Positions 21,501 through 32,600 of a DNA stretch of 64,000 nt are shown here, one piece after another. The DNA is taken from positions 1,178,001 to 1,242,000 of the forward strand of contig NIVC01000040.1 in the NCBI GenBank assembly GCA_002269645.1, written 5' to 3'. The notes beneath the pieces are model-generated. The model was not told where the DNA came from, searched no databases, and saw only the letters and a list, made by a program, of their open reading frames with translations. Numbering within the stretch: the stretch's first letter is position 1; each line of letters opens with the position of its first letter. This DNA is from Macrostomum lignano (taxonomy: Eukaryota). The position numbers and the translations under genes are program-made.

Positions 21501-22771
21501 GAATGAGCATAATCTTTAGGAATCAAACTTCACGCCAAGCGCAACTGAAAAGTTTCGTGTTGTTTTTTTGACTGCCTGTTGGCGTTTTGTCTGAAGTTTT
21601 AACAATGTTGGCATTTATCATTGTTGGGAGTTATTTCACTTGCACCTCCTTAAAAACAACCTACTGATAACTCCACTATTGTAAAAATACTCTTCAACCA
21701 CTCAAACAGCCTCTTAGATTGAAATTTCGATTTCACCGTGTCTTGAACATATGTAGGACGACATATGTAGGACATGTATACAAAATCCTGAAGTAGGCAT
21801 TATTGATTTTCAATTTTAAAGCGACTAAATTGCTGTCTCTTGTTGCAGAGCACCCGAACTGTAAGTTCATCCTCAATCCACCAATATATACGAGTAGCTA
21901 TAATTTCCTTCGTTGTATTTATAGTGCAAACGCTTTATTTAACCTTCTGAATGTTTGGTAAAGGGGTTGGTGTGGGGACAATGGCCGAAACGGATCTCAC
22001 TCTCACTCCTAAATTGAACCAATGTCTTCTGGCCGGACCCACTTTGAACTCTGAGCAGAAGATCGCGTCTTCGTTGGGATCGACCCGTCCCCAGGCAGAC
22101 ACAGTACAGTACGATTCTCCAGCCCTCTAAGAAATAATGCGGCTCACTCAACATGCTCTTGGATTCCACGAGTCCGACAGACAAGCGACGGGCTTGGTTG
22201 CACGGAGCTCTGAGTAGTATCGTAGTTGACTGACTCAGCTGAGTGAGCTTTCGATCGTCTGAGTTTATCTGAGTATCTGAGTCTGAGTAGACTCTGCCCA
22301 CCACCCATGCCATCAACCTCAAGAAACAAATGATTTAATATTGTACACTGCTTCACCCTTGGTGCACCGATCCCGACTACAACTGACGATGCGATTAGCG
22401 CCCTTTCACTTCACTTGTTCATGAGATTAAGCATGAGCAGTTCGTTAATTTGTTGTTCGCTTAATGTTTAATTAGTTTGCATAAAAATTTCAGTTAAACT
22501 GCTCGGTTGCTACTTACATTCCAAAAAGCAGAATAACCTACGCCTCTACATATCATCCAGCGAGTCAATGACAATCGAGAGCTGCCGAAAGGACTGCAGT
22601 GTCACTACTGCTCCTTACTTTGGAGTAATAAGTGGAACATATTGCTACTGCGGTGAATCAGTAATGGGGACGCAATTGTCATTAAGAAAATGTGATTACA
22701 GGTGTCCGGGAAATCCAAAGCAGATCTGCGGTGGTTTTGACTCGATGGTAGTGTACGAGCATCTTTTATGA
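9945..22771 (+). CDS. Gene A: 5'-incomplete tandem WSC-domain protein (4 WSC domains in window)
   Basis: join(9945-9956,10604-10900,12121-12132,12773-13069,14698-14709,17629-17913,21849-21860,22494-22771). All introns GT-AG, phase 1; ends in TGA. No signal-peptide exon found upstream within the window. Confidence 0.85.
10604..10900 (+). CDS. WSC domain exon A1 (297 nt)
   Basis: ttcag acceptor; [36 protein letters not shown]; G|gtaaga donor. Confidence 0.92.
12121..12132 (+). CDS. 12-nt microexon, gene A
   Basis: ttgttgcag|AGCACCCGAACT|gtaagt. Confidence 0.85.
12773..13069 (+). CDS. WSC domain exon A2 (297 nt)
   Basis: 8-Cys WSC pattern; ttcag acceptor, gtgaga donor. Confidence 0.92.
14698..14709 (+). 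CDS. 12-nt microexon (E-H-Q-N), gene A
   Basis: gttgcag|AGCACCAGAACT|gtaagt. Confidence 0.85.
15155..16677 (+). mobile_element. 1523-bp non-autonomous element: Gypsy pol fragment bounded by perfect 23-bp TIRs, 5-bp TSD GTTAC
   Basis: Left TGTTGTGTATTGAACGCGTGGGT (15155-15177); right ACCCACGCGTTCAATACACAACA (16655-16677); GTTAC at 15150-15154 and 16678-16682; empty sites at about 54577 and 47603. Confidence 0.92.
15197..16660 (+). pseudogene. pol: Ty3/Gypsy pol fragment: partial RT, RNase H and integrase HHCC zinc finger, with one +1 frameshift
   Basis: FSKLD..GY, FCRVPFGL, AVDDIL, CDAS..GIGAVL, ERNYS..EKEALA, YTDH; H-H-C-C in AHEGHHG..WWPGIDKDI..CTAC; frameshift near 16196; no integrase catalytic core. 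Confidence 0.92.
17629..17913 (+). CDS. WSC domain exon A3 (285 nt)
   Basis: 8-Cys WSC pattern; ttcag acceptor, gtgagt donor. Confidence 0.92.
18126..18450 (-). mobile_element. tRNA-derived CORE-type SINE
   Basis: Minus strand: A-box TAGCCTAGTAG, CTCATGA loop, B-box GGTTCGACT, CORE-like TGTGTCCTTGAGCAAG..CAGCTGTAAAATGAG, (TTA)-rich tail. Confidence 0.75.
18465..18530. repeat. (AG)n microsatellite
   Basis: Pure AG run. Confidence 0.98.
18545..19200 (+). pseudogene. Degenerate non-LTR retrotransposon RT fragment
   Basis: LIVYADDL motif, then [16 protein letters not shown] and [17 protein letters not shown] with frameshifts and stops. Confidence 0.75.
19245..21453 (+). mobile_element. 2209-bp solo-LTR-like insertion, TGATGTAACC...GGTTACATCA, 4-bp TSD TTTC
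   Basis: 10-bp perfect inverted ends; TTTC at 19241-19244 and 21454-21457; empty site ATATATATTTCCTGAATATA near 57221. Confidence 0.85.
20100..20186 (+). promoter_or_regulatory. Pol II promoter-like cluster inside the insertion: CRE (TGACGTCA), CCAAT box, TATA box (TATAAAA 20178-20184)
   Basis: Motifs occur in canonical order and spacing. Confidence 0.55.
21849..21860 (+). CDS. 12-nt microexon, gene A
   Basis: tgttgcag|AGCACCCGAACT|gtaagt. Confidence 0.85.
22494..22771 (+). CDS. Terminal WSC domain exon A4 (ends MVVYEHLL-stop)
   Basis: Open from the acceptor to TGA at 22769-22771; 8 Cys. Confidence 0.9.
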
Positions 22772-22849
22772 GGCCTGATTTATTATTTATCAAAGACGTA
22801 ACTAACTTTAAAGGACACATCCTTGAAAAACATGATGATTCTGATAACA

Positions 22850-22855
22850 AATAAA
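22850..22855 (+). terminator. Candidate polyadenylation signal, gene A
   Basis: AATAAA about 80 nt after the stop; conserved in the paralogue (58631-58636). Confidence 0.5.
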
Positions 22856-23529
22856 CGCGATCTTTAAACATTGTCCGCAGTGTCCGTGTTTCCTCAAACA
22901 ATATATACTTCTTAAGTACCGCACTGACGCAGAAAGTTTTGCTGTTAAAAGTGCTGCAGCAGAGCCTCATATGTGTAACTCTGTGGTCACAGCCTTATAT
23001 TCTAGTGTAGAGCACAGACTTCAACAGCTGGGTGTACGAGTGCACGTGTGGTAAGAATGGGGACCTGTCGTTCAGTAGCAGGAAGGAGAAGGTGAGCTTT
23101 AGAAGGATGCGCACAGGCCACGATTGATCGAATTGGCGGCCTACAGGAAGAGGATCGGGCTTCAACAAGACGAAAGCTACTGCCGGATGTTGCGGCTTGG
23201 AAGATGAGACAATGCAGCATGTCTGGGACATCCCGGCGACGTGTAAAGGGAGGAGGGTGTGGTGTTGCAGCGGCCTTCGGGCGGTCTGTGAACAACCGGA
23301 AGAAGCTATGAAGTACTGGGAGTGATGGAGAGGTCACCCGCCGTGGGGGGCCAGGGAGGAGGCCCCTAGCCGTGGATGAAAGGTGGTTGGCAACAACAAC
23401 AACTGCAGCAGATGTGACGAAGCGAGTGACGAAAATTGACGAGAGAAAGAGACCGGTGCGATTGACCGCCGACACCGACTCCGAAGACGAGACCGACAGC
23501 CCGAGTAAAGAGAAGTCAAGCGAAGAGTT

Positions 23530-24190
23530 GAGAGGCCGGCAGACGGGAGGCCATAAGAGGCCGGCAGACGGGAGGCCATGAGAGGCCAGCAGACGGGAGG
23601 CCATGAGAGGCCAGCAGACGGGAGGCCATGAGAGGCCGGCAGACGGGAGGCCATGAGAGGCCAGCAGACGGGAGGCCATGAGAGGCCAGCAGACGGGAGG
23701 CCATGAGAGGCCAGCAGACGGGAGGCCATGAGAGGCCGGCAGACGGGAGGCCATGAGAGGCCGGCAGACGGGAGGCCATGAGAGGCCAGCAGACGGGAGG
23801 CCATGAGAGGCCAGCAGACGGGAGGCCATGAGAGGCCGGCAGACGGGAGGCCATGAGAGGCCGGCAGACGGGAGGCCATGAGAGGCCAGCAGACGGGAGG
23901 CCATGAGAGGCCAGCAGACGGGAGGCCATGAGAGGCCGGCAGACGGGAGGCCATGAGAGGCCAGCAGACGGGAGGCCATGAGAGGCCAGCAGACGGGAGG
24001 CCATAAGAGGCCGGCAGACGGGAGGCCATGAGAGGCCAGCAGACGGGAGGCCATGAGAGGTCGGCAGACGGGAGGCCATGAGAGGCCGGCAGACGGGAGG
24101 CCATGAGAGGCCGGCAGACGGGAGGCCATGAGAAGTCGGCAGACGGGAGGCCATGAGAGGCCAGCAGACGGGAGGCCATGAGAGGTCGGC
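23530..24190. repeat. 25-bp GC-rich minisatellite GAGAGGCC(A/G)GCAGACGGGAGGCCAT, about 26 copies
   Basis: Direct tandem periodicity. Confidence 0.97.
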
Positions 24191-24685
24191 GGCATTATGA
24201 TGAGCAACGAAACCCGAAACCAGATGCCAGATGAAGGGATGATGATTTGACGAGAAAATTGGTGGGCGGCTGCAATGGCATGGCCCTTTGTTTTAACTAA
24301 TTTATTCACGTTAGGGAATTTTTTTTTCGGGCGCCATGTAGAGAAAAATAAGAAAGACTACCTAATTTGAATTAAAAAATTATACATAAGTAGGGCGCAC
24401 GCCAAGAGCCAATCAGAAGGAAGCGAGGGGAGAGAGATGAGACTAACGACATTGAACTGGCCAGAGAGAGAGAGAAAACAGAGTAAACAACGACAAGTGC
24501 AAATGAACTGAAGAAGTGAGCAAGAAAGTCTCAAAACTTGCAGCGTGGGTTCAGCAAACGCCAAATTATTGTCTGCGAATTTAAAGAAGCAGGCCGAATG
24601 ATGCTTTTGTCATGGAAAATAATAATCAAGTGGAAATCCTCATTCGCTGTAGCAGCCACTGCCACATGACTGCAATCGGCCATTG

Positions 24686-25255
24686 CCAATCAAGCTGATA
24701 AAATGCCAATAAAGCTGATGAAAGGCCAATCAAGCTGATAAAAAGCCAATCAAGCTGATAAAAAGCCAATCAAGCTGATAAAAGGCCAATCAAGCTGATA
24801 AAAGGCCAATCAAGCTGATGAAAAGCCAATCAAGCTGATAAAAAGCCAATCAAGCTGATAAAAGGCCAATCAAGCTGATAAAAAGCCAATCAAGCTGATA
24901 AAAAGCCAATCAAGCTGATAAAAGACCAATCAAGCTGATAAAAGGCCAATCAAGCTGATAAAAAGCCAATCAAGCTGATAAAAAGCCAATCAAGCTGATA
25001 AAAAGCCAATCAAGCTGATAAAAGGCCAATCAAGCTGATAAAAAGCCAATCAAGCTGATAGAAGGTCAATCAAGCTGATAAAATGCCAATCAAGCTGATA
25101 GAAGGTCAATCAAGCTGATAGAAGGCCAATCAAGCTGATAAAGGGCCAATCAAGCTGATAAAAGGCCAATCAAGCTGATAGAAGGTCAATCAAGCTGATA
25201 GAAAGCCAATCAAGCTGATAAAAAGCCAATCAAGCTGATAGAAAGCCAATCAAGC
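24686..25255. repeat. 20-bp minisatellite GCCAATCAAGCTGATAAAAA, about 28 copies
   Basis: Direct tandem periodicity. Confidence 0.97.
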
Positions 25256-26279
25256 AATGAATTTTACCCTGATTGACTTTAACCCTTGACAGGCTTTTTT
25301 GCTATGCTCAGCGTATTTACGTATCCATGTTGACTGAAACATGCTACTTGCTTAGCTTCTGAATCAGCCAGTAGTATCTGGGGAGCATCAATGGATCTGA
25401 TTGTATAACTAATTTTAAGGCTAATTAGCAATCTTAACCGACACCGGGGAGGCACCAAATAAGCAAATAATTTTGTTGCTCTCTTCCGCGCAGAATGCCA
25501 AACAGACCAGCCGTCTTTGATTCTGTAGTGCCAATCACCTGGTATATCAGCGTCTCCTTGGCATCTCAGCGACTCCATACGACTGTAAACATAACATAAT
25601 TCCAATCTTAGCTTTCCCCTTGAGCATCATAGCTCCTGGACTACTGATGTGAAAGGTTTGAGCAAAAGCAGGCCTTCACCGTCCAGAATTTATTTTGCTC
25701 AAAGTGACCAAATGTCAACGGAGCAAGAAAATCATGAAAAAGAAGAAGAAGCGGTAAAAAATCGCCCAAGAGCTTCGCAATTCCACCGATCGAGGTGACC
25801 AGTGGAAAGTCGAGGTTGAAAGCCGCATGCAGCCATTCCTTAAGCGCTGTATGCACCCAATTGACCCCAATATATTTTGTAAAATTTGATGCACCACAAT
25901 GTATTCGCACATTTCGCAACACAACCTTATTTTTACAGTTATTTCCACATTCCCAATTTATATCTAAGCCAATAAAAACTATTATTAATCTTTTATAAGT
26001 AACGTTATCAGCTTGTAATTTCGTACTTTACAACTATTGCGTAGACTGGACTACTTCTAGTACACTGCATTGGGTTAGTGCAGGCATTTTTACAATATAC
26101 ATGTTTCATATCAAGTCTCTGAATTGCATGCGCGAAAAAAACACTGATCCATACTCTGTGCAGATTGACAAATGCATGGATAGTGTTTCAATGCAGAGTG
26201 GAGGTTAATTGCTTTGGTATGGAGGATACCAATCTGTCATTGCTGCAGGCCAGATACTACTGTTTGCGAGACGAAGGGA

Positions 26280-26632
26280 GAATAGAGGAAAGAGATAGAA
26301 GAGGATAGAGGATTATGAGAGATTAGAGAAGACATGAAATGGTAGAGGCGAGAGGCGAGATGAGAGATGCGATGAGAGAAGAGATGAGAGGAGATTTTAG
26401 AGGAGAGGAGAGAGGAGAGGAGAGAGATGGGAGAGAGAAGAGGAGAGAGGAGAGGAGAGAGGAGAGAGCAGAGGAGAGGATAGAGGAGAGGAGAGAGGAG
26501 AGGAGAGAGGAGAGAGGAGAGGAGAGGAGAGAGGAGGGAGAGAGGAGAGGAGATAGGATAGAGGAGAGGAGAGAGGAGAGAGCAGAGGAGAGAGGAGAGG
26601 AGATGGGGAGAACTGAGAAGAGAAATGAGAAG
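26280..26632. repeat. Purine-rich (GAGAG/GAGGA)n simple repeat
   Basis: Almost only A and G on the + strand. Confidence 0.95.
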
Positions 26633-27359
26633 GCATAAACCGTGAGCAGGCCGGATTGCTATTGTGAAGTTTCAAAGAACCCGAGGACCGGATAGAGAGG
26701 CTTCAATGCAGTCGTGTAGGGCGCCAACATTGGAAACGCGGGCAGAAATTGCATTCTCCGGCACGATTCCCACAAGAAGTCACATTATTGATAACAGACC
26801 TTTTTGCTGTAGAGCATGCTTTTTTCGAGACATGGTGTATAACGCCAGCAGGGGTCATTTGAAAGGCAAAGTCCGGTGCGCTCTCTCCAATGGTGTTTCA
26901 AGTCAGCGCTATTCAGATGCGGTTGCGGGATGTTCAAGCATTTGTTGCTACAGGTGGAGACTGTGTTGAGAAGGTTGTCGATGGTTATTTTTTTCTATAA
27001 GAACTAACCTTTTGCATTTTTAAATTCCTTGTTGCTGCTCTCACTCTCACACCATCAGTGACATTACGGTGATTTTCTAGACCTTCTACTATCAATGAAG
27101 TATGAGCAAAAATGAATGCAGAAATATGCACTCTTGCAAAAAGACGGATAGAGTATACGCTAGTATTCAGATACCCAAATCTGAAACACGTTTTTCCTAA
27201 CTGCATTGTACATTTACCGTTTGTTTTACGGTAGCTACTATAATTCTAAAAAAAAACTTATTAATACGTGTAGCTATAGATGCTGCTACCTGGGAACCAT
27301 GCAGGTATCTAAAAAATACTGCAATTTAGCGGTACCGATACAACATTATAGCTTAAGAG

Positions 27360-29050
27360 GGGATTTCTGAAATGTTGTGGCTCCTAGGGGAAGTGATGAG
27401 ATCTCAATGTTCCTTTTGGAAGATTTCTGAAATGTTGTGGCTCCTAGGGGAAGTGATGAGATCTCAATGTTCCTTTTGGAAGATTTCTGAAATGTTGTGG
27501 CTCCTAGGGGAAGTGATGAGATCTCAATGTTCCTTTTGGAAGATTTCTGAAATGTTGTGGCTCCTAGGGGAAGTGAGGAGATCGATCAATGTTCCTTTTA
27601 GAAGATTTCTGAAATGTTGTGGCTCCTAGGGGAAGTGATGAGATCTCAATGTTCCTTTTGGAAGATTTCTGAAATGTTGTGGCTCCTAGGGGAAGTGATG
27701 AGATCTCAATGTTCCTTTTAGAAGATTTCTGAAATGTTGTGGCTCCTAGGGGAAGTGATGAGATCTCAATGTTTCTTTTTGGAAGATTTCTGAAATGTTG
27801 TGGCTCCTAGGGGAAGTGATGAGATCTCAATGTTCCTTTTAGAAGATTTCTGAAATGTTGTGGCTCCTAGGGGAAGTGAGGAGATCTCAATGTTCCTTTT
27901 GGAAGATTTCTGAAATGTTGTGGCTCCTAGGGGAAGTGATGAGATCTCAATGTTCCTTTTGGAAGATTTCTGAAATGTTGTGGCTCCTAGGGGAAGTGAT
28001 GAGATCTCAATGTTCCTTTTGGAAGATTTCTGAAATGTTGTGGCTCCTAGGGGAAGTGATGAGATCTCAATGTTTCTTTTTGGAAGATTTCTGAAATGTT
28101 GTGGCTCCTAGGGGAAGTGATGAGATCTCAATGTTCCTTTTGGAAGATTTCTGAAATGTTGTGGCTCCTAGGGGAAGTGATGAGATCTCAATGTTCCTTT
28201 TGGAAGATTTCTGAAATGTTGTGGCTCCTAGGGGAAGTGATGAGATCTCAATGTTCCTTTTGGAAGATTTCTGAAATGTTGTGGCTCCTAGGGGAAGTGA
28301 GGAGATCGATCAATGTTCCTTTTAGAAGATTTCTGAAATGTTGTGGCTCCTAGGGGAAGTGATGAGATCTCAATGTTCCTTTTGGAAGATTTCTGAAATG
28401 TTGTGGCTCCTAGGGGAAGTGATGAGATCTCAATGTTCCTTTTAGAAGATTTCTGAAATGTTGTGGCTCCTAGGGGAAGTGATGAGATCTCAATGTTCCT
28501 TTTAGAAGATTTCTGAAATGTTGTGGCTCCTAGGGGAAGTGATGAGATCTCAATGTTTCTTTTTGGAAGATTTCTGAAATGTTGTGGCTCCTAGGGGAAG
28601 TGATGAGATCTCAATGTTCCTTTTAGAAGATTTCTGAAATGTTGTGGCTCCTAGGGGAAGTGAGGAGATCTCAATGTTCCTTTTGGAAGATTTCTGAAAT
28701 GTTGTGGCTCCTAGGGGAAGTGATGAGATCTCAATGTTCCTTTTGGAAGATTTCTGAAATGTTGTGGCTCCTAGGGGAAGTGATGAGATCTCAATGTTCC
28801 TTTTGGAAGATTTCTGAAATGTTGTGGCTCCTAGGGGAAGTGATGAGATCTCAATGTTTCTTTTTGGAAGATTTCTGAAATGTTGTGGCTCCTAGGGGAA
28901 GTGATGAGATCTCAATGTTCCTTTTGGAAGATTTCTGAAATGTTGTGGCTCCTAGGGGAAGTGATGAGATCTCAATGTTTCTTTTTGGAAGATTTCTGAA
29001 ATGTTGTGGCTCCTAGGGGAAGTGATGAGATCTCAATGTTCCTTTTAGAA
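27360..29050. repeat. 60-62-bp tandem satellite, about 28 highly homogeneous copies
   Basis: AGATTTCTGAAATGTTGTGGCTCCTAGGGGAAGTGATGAGATCTCAATGTTCCTTTTGGA repeated head to tail with no spacers. Confidence 0.98.
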
Positions 29051-29570
29051 AGTTGCTAAGATGTCAAGGCCAAGAATCAATGAGAGACTTAGGGAGGAGC
29101 CACGGCCAAAAGGGGGCTTTGATGCCAAAGCTCAGAGGGGGTGCTGATATCTCCGGCTTGATAGCCTGGCTTTCAGGGCGGATAATTTTTTGCTTAAAAC
29201 ATTTTTTAAACATAGAACTGCCTTATTTCGTTAGCTGCATGCACAGTTATTTTTAAAAAATTATTCCTTTTGGTTGCCACCACCCCCCTCCCCCCCCAAC
29301 ACGGGGGGCAGAGTGCCATTCTGAAACTTTAGGCGAAAATATCAAACAGATGGCAATATTTGCGGAGAAAAAAGTATCGAAATTTAACTCAACTCAACTA
29401 TCGCTAAAAATTCAAGAATAAAGTTTCTGGAATTCACTTTCAAAGGAATGCGCCACGTGGCGCAGCCAAGCGATCCCGGAACCTCAGCATAAAATGGTTC
29501 AGCAAATGCCCAAAACAGCCAACCAAAGTCAGGCCCGACCTGTTCAACATTCACTCTGCAGGCATTCAGC

Positions 29571-29637
29571 ATGCGGCTTCTTCTGTTCGTTTCGGTCTTC
29601 ATTCTGGCAGCTTCCGGCACCTCCGGGTCTAAGCTGG
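29571..29637 (+). CDS. Signal-peptide exon of gene B ([22 protein letters not shown])
   Basis: ATG, Arg, hydrophobic core, small residues, then G|GTGAGT phase-1 donor that joins the first microexon in frame. Not in the ORF track because of its size. Confidence 0.78.
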
Positions 29638-32600
29638 GTGAGTTTGAGCTGCGTCTCACCTGAGCTGGGAGAGTTTGAGATGCGTCTCACCTGAGCTGGG
29701 AGAGTTTGAGATGCGTCTCACCTGAGCTGGGTGAGTTTGAGATGCGCCTCACCTGAGCTGGGTGAGTTAGAGACGCGCCTCATCTGAGCTGGGTGAGTTT
29801 GAGTTGCGCCTGCACTGAGTTTCAGCTATTTGATAGCTGCATGTTAAAATGGTCCACTCAACCGGCCTCTCGGACAGAATTTCGATTTCACTAAGTCTTG
29901 AGCACTTTACTGAAGTTGCCATTTTTAACTGCTGCTGTGTATATTGGAGTACTGGAGTATTTAATGGATGTCAAGGCATGGAAATTGCTGCATCCACAGG
30001 GGGGGCTGGGTTGGAGCGCCACAGAGATAGGTATTTCTACACCGGCCTCAGACAGAATTAAATGCAATTTAAACAAGTGCTGACCACTTTACCAAGCCGA
30101 CCCTGCTATCATTGGTTTCGGGTAAGGATTCGATCATGGCTTGAGGGAAGCTGCTGACATGTCGAGGCTCAGAGGTGAAATATTTTTCTTAAATAATGAT
30201 TCTGCGTGTAATCATAACCGATTATATTTCTGTCTCTTGTTTCAGAGCACCCGAACTGTAAGTTCAGAATCTGCTCACCGATATAATTTGCTATATAATG
30301 AGCAGTTCGCTATTTTATTATTTGCTTATGTTTAATTGTTTGCAAAAAATTTCAGTTAAACTGCACGGTTGTTACCTTCGTCGTGGAAGCGGTGCGAATC
30401 TAAAATTCAGCGTATCAAGCAGCGAGCCAATGACAATCGAGAGCTGCCAAAAGGACTGCAGTCGTTATACCTTTCGCTACTTTGGAGTCGCAGATGGAAC
30501 ATATTGCTTCTGTGGCAATACAAAACCTTATCCGAAAGTTCCCTTATTCAGATGCGATCAAAAGTGTCCGGGAAATTACTATCAGATTTGCGGTGGTTCT
30601 AACTCGATGGTTGTGTACGAGCAGCCCGCTACACTCGCTACAGCCTCTGCCGGTAAGTGTGCCACAATTTATTATGTTCAATCGTTCATTTCTACATATA
30701 GCTCTGAATGGTCTCGTTTCCTCTTGTATATCTGGACTGCTGGCATCTCAAATTGTGGACATATATCTATGTATTATATGTATTATATGTATTATATATA
30801 TGTATACTCGTATATATCTATCGATGCAGAATTTAATACGCAGCAAATAGACTATTTGAATGTTGAAAATTAATAAATTCAGCTGCCTATTTTACAGTAG
30901 CAGAAAACACTTATTATACTTTTTATGCCATTTTTTTCTGCTTTGAGCTGAAAATTTGCATTTTGAGTGATAATAATTGTATCTTTAAAAATAAATATAT
31001 GCAATTTTATTTCTCTTTTTTTGCAGAGCATCCCAACCGTAAGTTCAAAATCAGTCCACAAATAAATGTTACTTTATGGTGTTTGAACTGCAAACACTTT
31101 ATCCAATCTTTTGAATGATCGGTAAATTTACATTTCTGTTGTCCCATAAATTTGCGAGCCACGCAAACCGCGAAATCTTCCATGTATGCCAGCAACCTTA
31201 TAGTATGTGGCATATATTTTATACTTTAAAATTGATTTAGAAATATCGAGACTTACAAAACTAGATATGTACTAGCAATCTACGCCCCCCGTTGGGGAGC
31301 CAAAGAAATGCAATACACGTTTTTTTTAATAAGCTACATGTAGCCTTGAAATCTTAAAAAATCTCATGTCAAACTTCGAACCCAAACCCTAACCCTAACC
31401 AAAACCCTAAATTCAATATTTTGTCCATGAGTTTTTGCATGATCGATGCTTCTATGATTTTTGGCATGACGCTTCCATTGCTTTTGCATGATGCTTCCAT
31501 GATAAACATTTTTAATAAGCTACATGAGCTAAGTTATAAGCTACCCTAACCCTAACCCTAACCCGAATCTTAACGCAATAACCCTGAACCTAACCCTAAA
31601 CCTAAACCCTAATACCAACCCTAACACTAACCCTACAGCCTGACATCTGCATAAGTTTGTGAAGCGCTAGTAGTATTTTTTAGCTTAGTATCTTAGCGTT
31701 AGGGAGCCAAAATGCAGTACAAGTTTTGTAATAAACTACATGTAGCATCTCTTTGCAATATACCTCAGAAGTCCCTTGTAAGCCTTGAAATGTCAGTAAT
31801 TCCCCCCCCCCCCAAGCTTTAACAAATCAACTCCCCCCCCCTTGACATCTCAGCAATACCCCCAAGACTTGACATCTCAGCATTCCTAAGCCTTGAAATC
31901 TCAGCAGTCCCCCAAAAATTGACATCTGCCTAATTCCCCGAAGCCTACACATCTCAACAATCTCCTAAGACTTAACATCTCAGTAATTCCCCCAAGCCTA
32001 CACATCTCAGCATTCAGCAATACCCCTAAGACTTGACATCACAGCATTTTTAAGCCTTGAAATCTCAGCATTCTTAAGCCTTGAAATCTCAGCAATCCCC
32101 CAAGACTTGAAATCTCCCTAATTCCCCGAAGCCTACACATCTCAGCATTTAGCAATACCCCAAGACTTGACATCTCAGTAATTCCCCCAAGACTACACAT
32201 CTCAGCATTCAGCAATACCCCTAGACTTGACATCTCAGTAATTCCCCAAGCCTACACATCTCAGCAATACACCCAAGACTTGACATCTCCCTAATTCCCT
32301 GAAGCATACACATCTCAGCAATCCCCCCAAGACTTGACATCTCAGTAATTCCCCCAAGACTACACATCTCAGCATTCAGCAATACCCCTAGACTTGACAT
32401 CTCAGTAATTCCCTAAGCCTACACATCTCAGCAATACCCCCAAGACTTGACATCTCTCTAATTCCCTGAAGCCTACACATCTCAGCATTTAGCAATACCC
32501 CTAGACTTGACATCTCAGTCAAAAATAATATTCAGCTTATGTGTAGATTATTGCTATGAGATTCATGAGGAGCTACTATGAGATTATTTGAAAGCTACTA

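Larger units (their letters stand above)
9168..26226 (+). repeat. Segmental duplication copy 1 (paralogous to 48444-62681)
   Basis: Colinear, mostly near-identical sequence from TAGTTACAACTTTGGG to GGTATGGAGGA; differs by TE insertions and VNTR copy number. Confidence 0.95.

Noticed and set aside
23002-24309. Long ORFs (435, 281 and 212 aa; also 58802-59453) with MASRLLASHGLPSAGLSWPPVC repeats
   Set aside because: By-product of a stop-free 25-bp minisatellite; open in several frames, and length differs between paralogues
26339-26675. E/R-rich and S/P/L-rich ORFs (also 62664-62999)
   Set aside because: Translations of purine microsatellites
27360-29050. Regular 60-bp repeats as a CRISPR array
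   Set aside because: Head-to-tail units with no unique spacers, no cas genes, eukaryotic context
31378-31636. Chromosome end or telomere fusion
   Set aside because: Short, degenerate, single-orientation CCCTAA patches inside an intron
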